A stretch of DNA of 64,000 nucleotides from an uncultured bacterium (lineage in GTDB: Bacteria; Patescibacteriota; Minisyncoccia; Minisyncoccales; CAVTZN01). The stretch covers positions 59,903 to 123,902 of the forward strand of contig OY969803.1 of NCBI GenBank assembly GCA_963703245.1, written 5' to 3'. The notes beneath the pieces are model-generated. The model saw only the letters and a program-made list of their open reading frames with translations. It was not told where the DNA came from and searched no databases. The position numbers and the translations under genes are program-made. This document shows positions 57,731 through 64,000 of this stretch, in pieces (the first letter of the stretch is position 1; each line of letters starts with the position of its first letter).

Positions 57731-57858
57731 ATGTTTATAGAGGAGATAAAAGAACTTTCTATCAACGACGGAAATTATCCGAAACTCTTGCAATTTTAGA
57801 AATAAGGGGTAAAGTAAAAAACTTAGGAGAAAATGTTTATGCAATTAATCATCGTTGA
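57731..57858 (+). pseudogene. dprA: C-terminal remnant of DNA-processing protein DprA
   Basis: Two frames give MFIEEIKELSINDGN and LSETLAILEIRGKVKNLGENVYAINHR*, the pattern of the DprA C-terminal winged helix. It sits in the conserved dprA-topA position. The Rossmann domain is absent. Confidence 0.5.
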
Positions 57859-59884
57859 AAGTCCTACTAAGGCAAAAACAATTGAAAAATTTTTAGGCAA
57901 AGAATACAAGGTTCTTTCTTCTTATGGCCATGTCCGCGATTTACCAACGGATGAATTTGGTATTGATGTAAAAAATGATTTTGAGCCAACTTATATAATA
58001 ATGTCAAAAGCTAAAAAAATAATTAAGCTTCTTAAAGATTCTGTAAAAAAATCAGATGCTACGATTTTAGCCACCGATGAAGACAGGGAAGGAGAAGCAA
58101 TTTCTTATCATTTGACTAAAGCTTTAAATTTAAAAAATTCAAAGAGAATTGTTTTTCATGAAATTACAAAACCAGCGATTGAAGAGGCTCTAAAAAATCC
58201 TCGCGATATTGATATAAATTTAGTTGATTCTCAACAGGCAAGAAGAATTTTAGACAGGATTGTTGGTTATAAATTATCACCATTTTTATGGAAAAAATTA
58301 ACTCGAGGATTATCAGCGGGAAGAGTCCAATCTGTAGCAGTAAGATTGGTGGTAGAAAGAGAAAGAGAAATCCAAAATTTCAAACCAGAAGAATACTGGA
58401 CAATCACGGCCTTATTAAAAAAACTTTCAGATAAAGAAACACAATTTGAAGCGATTTTAATTAAGAAAGATGAAAAAGTTATTCCGAAATTGGGGATTAA
58501 AACAAAAAAAGAAGCTGATAAAATTGTGAAAGATTTAAAGGGGGTTGAATACAAAGTTGCGAATATTGAAAAAAAAGAAACAAAAAGAAATCCCCTACCG
58601 CCTTTTACAACCAGCACTCTCCAACAAGAAGCCTGGCAGAGATTTAGATTCCCGGCAAAACTAACAATGAGCATCGCCCAAAATCTTTATGAGCGTGGTT
58701 TTATTACCTATCATAGAACAGATTCTTTGAATTTAAGCGATTTATCTCTTTTTGCTGCTAAAAAATTTATCATTAAAAAATATGGTGAAAATTACTGGGC
58801 AGGATTTTTAAGAAAATATAAAACAAAATCAAAAGGCGCCCAAGAAGCTCATGAAGCAATAAGGCCGGCTTATCCTAACAAGGAACCTTCTTTTCTTACT
58901 AAAACCTCGAAAAATAATAATAAATTAGACCAGAATCAAATAAAGCTATACGATTTAATTTGGCGGAGATTCATTGCTTGTCAAATGGCAGAAGCTCACT
59001 TTGATTCAACTACTATTAATGTTTCTGCTAAAGAATATATTTTTAGAGCTACTGGCCAAATTTTAAAGTTTGATGGATTCTTAAAAATATATCCTATTAA
59101 TTTTAAAGAAAACGAACTTCCAATATTAGAAAAAGAGGAAATCTTAAAATTAATCAAACTAATTTCTTCTCAGCATTTTACTGAACCTCCGCCACGATTT
59201 AATGAAGCAACCCTAATTAAAGCTCTGGAAGAATACGGAATTGGCAGGCCTTCAACCTACGCACCAATTTTGGCAACAATCCAAGAGAGAAATTATGTCG
59301 GAAAAGATGAAAATAAAAAATTTCAGCCGACTGAAATTGGATTTTTGGTAAATGATATTTTAGTTGAACATTTTCCAAAAATTGTCGACGTGGGTTTCAC
59401 CGCCGAGATGGAAAAGGAATTAGACGAAATTGCGCAAGGGAAAGAAAAGTGGGTTTCAGTTGTTAAAGAATTTTATACTCCTTTCGCGGAAAATTTAAAA
59501 ATAAAAAATAAGGAGGTTTTAAAAAAAGAATTAAGCGAAGAAAAAATTACTGAGACTTGTCCTGAATGCAATAGTCCTTTAGTGATGAGGATAAGCAGAT
59601 ACGGAAAATTCTATGCCTGTTCAAAATTTCCCAAATGCCGCTACAAAAAAGACATCCCAAAACTTTTGGGAATTAAATGCCCAAAATGTAAAAGTGGCGA
59701 CATTATTGAAAGAATAACGAAAAGGAGGAAAATCTTTTATGGTTGTTCAAATTATCCAAAATGCAATTTTGCCTTATGGGACAAACCAACAGGAGAAATT
59801 TGCCCGAAATGCGGTTCTTTAATAGTAAAAACAAAATGGGGTAAGATTAAGTGTTCAAACACCGAATGCCTTAAGATTGCTTAA
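57833..59884 (+). CDS. topA: DNA topoisomerase I
   Basis: LIIVESPTKAKTIEKFLG (Toprim), active-site region ITYHRTDS, and C-terminal CxxC zinc ribbons (CPECNSPL, CPKCKSGD, CPKCGS). The true start may be the second ATG at 57839, which has better SD spacing. Confidence 0.95.
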   Translation: MFMQLIIVESPTKAKTIEKFLGKEYKVLSSYGHVRDLPTDEFGIDVKNDFEPTYIIMSKAKKIIKLLKDSVKKSDATILATDEDREGEAISYHLTKALNLKNSKRIVFHEITKPAIEEALKNPRDIDINLVDSQQARRILDRIVGYKLSPFLWKKLTRGLSAGRVQSVAVRLVVEREREIQNFKPEEYWTITALLKKLSDKETQFEAILIKKDEKVIPKLGIKTKKEADKIVKDLKGVEYKVANIEKKETKRNPLPPFTTSTLQQEAWQRFRFPAKLTMSIAQNLYERGFITYHRTDSLNLSDLSLFAAKKFIIKKYGENYWAGFLRKYKTKSKGAQEAHEAIRPAYPNKEPSFLTKTSKNNNKLDQNQIKLYDLIWRRFIACQMAEAHFDSTTINVSAKEYIFRATGQILKFDGFLKIYPINFKENELPILEKEEILKLIKLISSQHFTEPPPRFNEATLIKALEEYGIGRPSTYAPILATIQERNYVGKDENKKFQPTEIGFLVNDILVEHFPKIVDVGFTAEMEKELDEIAQGKEKWVSVVKEFYTPFAENLKIKNKEVLKKELSEEKITETCPECNSPLVMRISRYGKFYACSKFPKCRYKKDIPKLLGIKCPKCKSGDIIERITKRRKIFYGCSNYPKCNFALWDKPTGEICPKCGSLIVKTKWGKIKCSNTECLKIA

Positions 59885-59919
59885 ATTTCTTTTTTGTGAT
59901 ATAAAAAAATATCAATTAT

Positions 59920-61689
59920 ATGGAGGAAATTCTCCAAAAAATTAAGCAAAAAGTAAAAGAGCCTGATTTGATTTTGAAGGCTTTTAATTTTGCCCAAAAC
60001 GCTCATTCTGGTCAAAAAAGATTTTCTGGAGAGGATTACGTTATTCACCCACTTAAAGTAGCTCAAACATTGGTAAATCTTAATCTTGGTTCTAAGACAA
60101 TTGTTGCTGCTCTTTTACATGATGTTTTTGATGATTGCGATATTCCTTTGGAAAAAATTAAAGAGGAATTTGGGGAAGAGGTTGCTCTTTTAGTTGAAGG
60201 GGTCTCAAAATTGGGAAAAATCCGTTATCCTAAAGAACCTCTGGTAATCCAATCTATTGAAAAAAGGGAAGAAAAACCGATTGATCTTCAGGCTGAAAAT
60301 TTAAGAAAAATGTTTTTCGCTATGGCTAAAGATATAAGAGTTGTTCTGATAAAATTGGCTGACCGACTTCATAATATGGAGACATTAAACCATATACCAG
60401 AAGAAAAACAGAAAAGGATGGCTTTAGAAACTTTAGAGATTTTCGCGCCCCTAGCTGATAGACTGGGAATTGGAGAAATAAAATCAAAATTGGAAGATTT
60501 GTCTTTCCCCTATCTTTATCCTAAAGAATTCCAGTGGTTGATGGAAAACGTTAAAGAAAAATATGAAGAAAGAGGAAAATATCTTGAAATAATAAAACCC
60601 ATTGTAAATAAAATATTAAAAAGAGAAAAAATTAAAGTTATAGATATTCAAACTAGGCCAAAATCTTATTTTAGTCTCTACCAGAAATTATTGAAACACG
60701 AAATGGATTTTGAAATAATTTATGACTTAGTTGCTTTAAGAATAATTGTTCCCGATGTTAAAACCTGCTATCAGGCTCTTGGTGTTTTGCATGAATATTG
60801 GAAACCTTTGCCCGGCAGAATAAAAGATTATATCGCTTTCCCCAAGCCAAACGGTTACCAAAGCTTACATACAACTGTCTTTTGTGAAGGCGGAAAAATA
60901 ACCGAAATCCAAATTAGAACGCCCGAAATGCACCAAGAAGCAGAATACGGAATTTGCGCCCATTGGGCGCAAAAAGAAAAAATTTCTCTTGTTTATCAAA
61001 AGAAAAAATTTGAATGGGTGAAAAATTTAAATGGTTGGCAGAAAGAAATTTCCGCCCCTAAAGAATTTTTAGAAGGATTGAAGGTTGATTTCTTTAAAAA
61101 TCGAATTTTTGTCTTCACTCCAAAAGGAGATTCTATCGACCTTCCCGATGGCGCCACTCCTATTGATTTTGCTTACCACGTCCACACTGATATTGGCAAT
61201 CACTGTGTCGGCGCAAAAGTTAATGGGAAAATGGTCTCGGTTTCTACTCCTTTAAAAAATGGCAGCGTAGTGGAAATCCTACTTGATAAAAAAAAGATTC
61301 CTAGTAGAGATTGGCTAAAATTTGTTAAAACTAATTTAGCCCGTTCTCATATCAAAAAAGTTCTTCAAAAAGGTTTTTTAGAACAAGTTACAGAAAAAAT
61401 TTCGCCAAGAAAAATAGTAAAAGAATTGTTCAAAGAAAAAAAACAAAAAGTTTCGCCGATAATAATTCCAGTAAAGATTGAAAAAATTCCCAAAAGCGTT
61501 ATTATTGGCGGTGAAAGCCGGATTTCCCTTTCTTTCGCCAAATGTTGCAATCCCCAGCCAGGAGATAAAATTAAAGCTTATATAACAAAAGGGAAAGGCG
61601 CTTCTATCCATAAAATTTCCTGTGAAAATTTCAAAAGAGCTGAAAAAAAATGGCCCAATAAAGTAGTTGAGGCCGAGTGGCGACAATAG
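59920..61689 (+). CDS. rel: bifunctional (p)ppGpp synthetase/hydrolase (RelA/SpoT homolog)
   Basis: HD domain (HPLKVA, LLHDVFDD), synthetase domain (RPKSYFSLYQKL, YQSLHTTV) and TGS domain (IFVFTPKGDSIDLPDGATPIDFAY). Confidence 0.9.
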   Translation: MEEILQKIKQKVKEPDLILKAFNFAQNAHSGQKRFSGEDYVIHPLKVAQTLVNLNLGSKTIVAALLHDVFDDCDIPLEKIKEEFGEEVALLVEGVSKLGKIRYPKEPLVIQSIEKREEKPIDLQAENLRKMFFAMAKDIRVVLIKLADRLHNMETLNHIPEEKQKRMALETLEIFAPLADRLGIGEIKSKLEDLSFPYLYPKEFQWLMENVKEKYEERGKYLEIIKPIVNKILKREKIKVIDIQTRPKSYFSLYQKLLKHEMDFEIIYDLVALRIIVPDVKTCYQALGVLHEYWKPLPGRIKDYIAFPKPNGYQSLHTTVFCEGGKITEIQIRTPEMHQEAEYGICAHWAQKEKISLVYQKKKFEWVKNLNGWQKEISAPKEFLEGLKVDFFKNRIFVFTPKGDSIDLPDGATPIDFAYHVHTDIGNHCVGAKVNGKMVSVSTPLKNGSVVEILLDKKKIPSRDWLKFVKTNLARSHIKKVLQKGFLEQVTEKISPRKIVKELFKEKKQKVSPIIIPVKIEKIPKSVIIGGESRISLSFAKCCNPQPGDKIKAYITKGKGASIHKISCENFKRAEKKWPNKVVEAEWRQ

Positions 61690-61692
61690 CCC

Positions 61693-61775
61693 GGGCGAGT
61701 GGCGGAATGGCAGACGCACAGGTTTCAAAAACCTGCGAGAGTAATCTCATGAGAGTTCGACTCTCTCCTCGCCCA
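61693..61775 (+). tRNA. tRNA-Leu (anticodon CAA), type II with a long variable arm; CCA not encoded
   Basis: Hand-folded. Acceptor GGGCGAG/CTCGCCC. D-arm GCGGAATGGCAGACGC. Anticodon arm CAGGT-TTCAAAA-ACCTG. Variable hairpin GAGA-GTAA-TCTC. T-arm GAGAG-TTCGACT-CTCTC. Discriminator A. Confidence 0.9.
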
Positions 61776-61796
61776 CTTATTAAAGTTTAATAAAAA

Positions 61797-61814
61797 ATCC
61801 GCCAAATGGCAGAT
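61797..61814. terminator. hairpin ATCCGCC-AAAT-GGCAGAT between the tRNA (+) and the PAP2 gene (-)
   Basis: 7-bp stem with one mismatch, flanked by A6 and T7 runs. Confidence 0.45.
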
Positions 61815-61835
61815 TTTTTTGATTTTGATATGTTT

Positions 61836-62354
61836 TTATGATTTGAAAAGTTTTCTAAAAATCTTATTTATCAACCATCCTGAAAAAATACCGACGATTA
61901 ATCCTCCCAAAATATCCGTAGGCCAATGGACTCCACAAAAAACCCTTGCCAAAGAGATTAAAAAAGTACCAATAAAAAACCAAATGCCTATTTTTTTATT
62001 ATAAGAGAAAATAATTGTTGAAATTGCGAAATAAAAAGCTGCGTGACCGGAAGGAAAAGATGGAGTTGTTTCGTGGGGCAAAAGTAAGTTCACTTGATTT
62101 TCTATGAATGGTCTTGGCCTTTCCCAAAACCAACGGATAAGATTGGTAATAACAAATCTTGATAAGATGCCCGCGAATAAAGCCTGAATAATCACAGAAA
62201 AACGCTTCTTAAATTTTTTAAAAAGAAAAATAATTAAAAATAAAATCAAAACATACCCAAAATATTCTGCAAAAAATATTGCTAAATTATTTAACAATGG
62301 CCATTTGCCAGCAAATTGGTTAATTTGTTGAAAAAGATAAAAATCTATATTCAT
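61836..62354 (-). CDS. PAP2-family phosphatase (undecaprenyl-diphosphatase BcrC-like)
   Basis: RPRP, PSGHAAF and HWPTDILGG acid-phosphatase motifs. About 5 TM helices. Confidence 0.8.
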   Translation of the reverse strand: MNIDFYLFQQINQFAGKWPLLNNLAIFFAEYFGYVLILFLIIFLFKKFKKRFSVIIQALFAGILSRFVITNLIRWFWERPRPFIENQVNLLLPHETTPSFPSGHAAFYFAISTIIFSYNKKIGIWFFIGTFLISLARVFCGVHWPTDILGGLIVGIFSGWLINKIFRKLFKS

Positions 62355-63178
62355 TTCTTTTTATTAAGAATAAGTAAATTCTTAAGTAAACATGCGACGG
62401 TCATCGGACCTACGCCACCGGGAACGGGCGTAATATAACTTGCCTTTTTTGAAACCGTCTCAAAATCAACGTCTCCTTTTAGCTTTCCTCTATAAACGCT
62501 TGTGCCAGCATCAATAACTATTACTCCTTTTTTGACCATACTTCCTTTAATTAAATTCGGTTTCCCCACTCCAGAAATCAAAATATCGGCTTTTTTCGTT
62601 ATAGAAGGAATATTTTTAGTAGATTTATCTACTACTGAAACTTTATATTTTTTTCTTGAAAGCCAAAAAAATAAGGGTTTGCCGATCAATCTGCCGGAAC
62701 CGATAATAATAATTTTTTTCTTTCTTGCGGGTATTTTATATTCCTTTAAAATATGGGAAACCACGCCAACAACTGGCGGAAGGATAAAAAAATTACCGCT
62801 ATAAAATCTTTCAGCGCTTTTATCTGACAAAACATCAATATCTTTTTTTGCTGGAACAAGATTTAAAATTTCCTGAGTATTAAAATTTTTGGGCAAGGGT
62901 AATTGAATTATTGCTCCCGAATTAGTTGGATTTTTTACAATCTTTTTAATTTCTCTTTTTAGTTTTTGGGTGCTAATTTTTACTGGAAATTTAAATAATT
63001 GGAAGTCTATCCCAACTTTCTCACAAGCTTTTTTCTTTTGATTAATATAAATTTTTGAAACTTGGTTATTACCAACTAAAATTACCGCCAGTTTTAATTT
63101 CAAACGGCGGTTTTTTATTTCTTTTTTAATATTATCTAAAATTTTCTCGGATAGCTTTTTCCCATCGAAAAATTTCAT
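62351..63178 (-). CDS. folD: bifunctional methylenetetrahydrofolate dehydrogenase/cyclohydrolase
   Basis: LAVILVGNNQVSKIYI, IIIGSGRLIGKPL and TPVPGGVGPMTVACLL. Confidence 0.9.
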   Translation of the reverse strand: MKFFDGKKLSEKILDNIKKEIKNRRLKLKLAVILVGNNQVSKIYINQKKKACEKVGIDFQLFKFPVKISTQKLKREIKKIVKNPTNSGAIIQLPLPKNFNTQEILNLVPAKKDIDVLSDKSAERFYSGNFFILPPVVGVVSHILKEYKIPARKKKIIIIGSGRLIGKPLFFWLSRKKYKVSVVDKSTKNIPSITKKADILISGVGKPNLIKGSMVKKGVIVIDAGTSVYRGKLKGDVDFETVSKKASYITPVPGGVGPMTVACLLKNLLILNKKK

Positions 63179-63179
63179 A

Positions 63180-64000
63180 TTATGGAATAGGGAATTTTTT
63201 ACAAAGTTTTTTAACTTCTGTTTTTACTTTTTTTATTGATAAGGGATTGGATATTACTTCGTTTATCCAAAAGGCAATTTTTTTCATTTCTTTTTCCTTC
63301 ATGCCTCTTGTGGTAATCGCCTGAACGCCAATCCGGATTCCGCTTGGATCCATTGGTTTTCTTGGGTCGTCAGGAATCACGTTTTTATTAAGTGTAATGC
63401 CGGCTTTATCCAAAAGGGTTTCGGCTTCCTTACCGCTGACTCCTTTTGAACCGAAAACATCAATTAAAATCATATGGTTTTCGGTCCCACCGAACATTAA
63501 TTTAAATCCGTAATTTTTAAGTTCCTTTTCTAAAGCTTTAGCGTTTTTCAAAATTTGCCTGGCATAAGCTTTAAACGATGGCTTTAAGGCTTCTCTTAAA
63601 GCCACTGCTTTGGCGGCAATATTATTCATATGAGGACCTCCTTGAAATCCCGGGAAACACGCCTTATCAATAATTTGGGCGAATTCTTTTTTACATAAAA
63701 TCATCCCACCTCTCGGGCCTCTCAAACTTTTATGAGTTGTTGTTGTAACAATGTCAAAATAAGGAACAGGGTTTGGAATAGCTTTTCCGGCAATAAGGCC
63801 GGCGATATGAGCCATATCAAACATGGTTATTGCTTTTACCTTTTTGGCAATATCACAAAACTTCTTATAATCAATCTGTCTTGTGTAAGATGAAAATCCA
63901 GCAAGCATTAATTTTGGCTTTTCTTTCTTAGCAATCTGTTCAAGATCTTTGTAATCAATTAAGCCGTCTGTTTTTGTTTTGTATCGAATAAAATTATAAA
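63180..64000 (-). CDS. glyA: serine hydroxymethyltransferase; N-terminus outside the window
   Basis: TTTTHKSLRGPRGG (PLP lysine motif). The frame stays open upstream of the listed Met to the window edge (..GLIDYKDLEQIAKKEKPKLMLAGFSSY). Confidence 0.95.
   Translation of the reverse strand, partial: YNFIRYKTKTDGLIDYKDLEQIAKKEKPKLMLAGFSSYTRQIDYKKFCDIAKKVKAITMFDMAHIAGLIAGKAIPNPVPYFDIVTTTTHKSLRGPRGGMILCKKEFAQIIDKACFPGFQGGPHMNNIAAKAVALREALKPSFKAYARQILKNAKALEKELKNYGFKLMFGGTENHMILIDVFGSKGVSGKEAETLLDKAGITLNKNVIPDDPRKPMDPSGIRIGVQAITTRGMKEKEMKKIAFWINEVISNPLSIKKVKTEVKKLCKKFPIP

Overview
Low-GC, very gene-dense bacterial chromosomal segment, coded almost entirely on the minus strand up to about 53.5 kb. 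Core genes: secDF, secA, speE/speD, murB, an ECF sigma/anti-sigma pair, clpB, htrA, an iscU/cysteine-desulfurase pair, class III RNR nrdDG, ftsAZ, ybeY, rpsU, hisS, lepB, pth, mfd, topA, rel, tRNA-Leu(CAA), folD and glyA. These sit alongside many orphan genes, coiled-coil/PG_binding_1 surface proteins and a TraD/VirD4-like ATPase. By inference this fits a small-genome Patescibacteria/CPR-type organism. Most interesting observations: (1) an accessory island at about 27.8-31.1 kb, inserted between a regulator gene and the clpB operon. It contains a two-gene cassette (HEPN-like Rx4H protein plus HExxH protein) bracketed by about 35-bp inverted repeats, with no recombinase. Next to it are a Cys-rich orphan operon and a promoter/SD-driven 50-codon ORF inside a GC-rich nested-inverted-repeat element. 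(2) Two tandem poly-lysine mini-ORFs and a strong terminator stem lie in the leader of a polyamine operon that carries a second, divergent AdoMetDC-fold gene. (3) A 151-nt element closed by a perfect 17-bp stem lies upstream of a small Cys-rich ORF between pth and mfd. (4) Gene breakage is non-random. Frameshifts cluster in two surface-protein genes, in mfd (which also has an in-frame TAA), murB and an ASCH-like gene, and dprA is reduced to a stub, while all other long genes are intact. (5) A heptanucleotide tandem repeat sits inside a glycosyltransferase-like gene. No rRNA, CRISPR array, transposase or reverse transcriptase was seen. All functional calls come from reading motifs in the translations, and no database search was possible.
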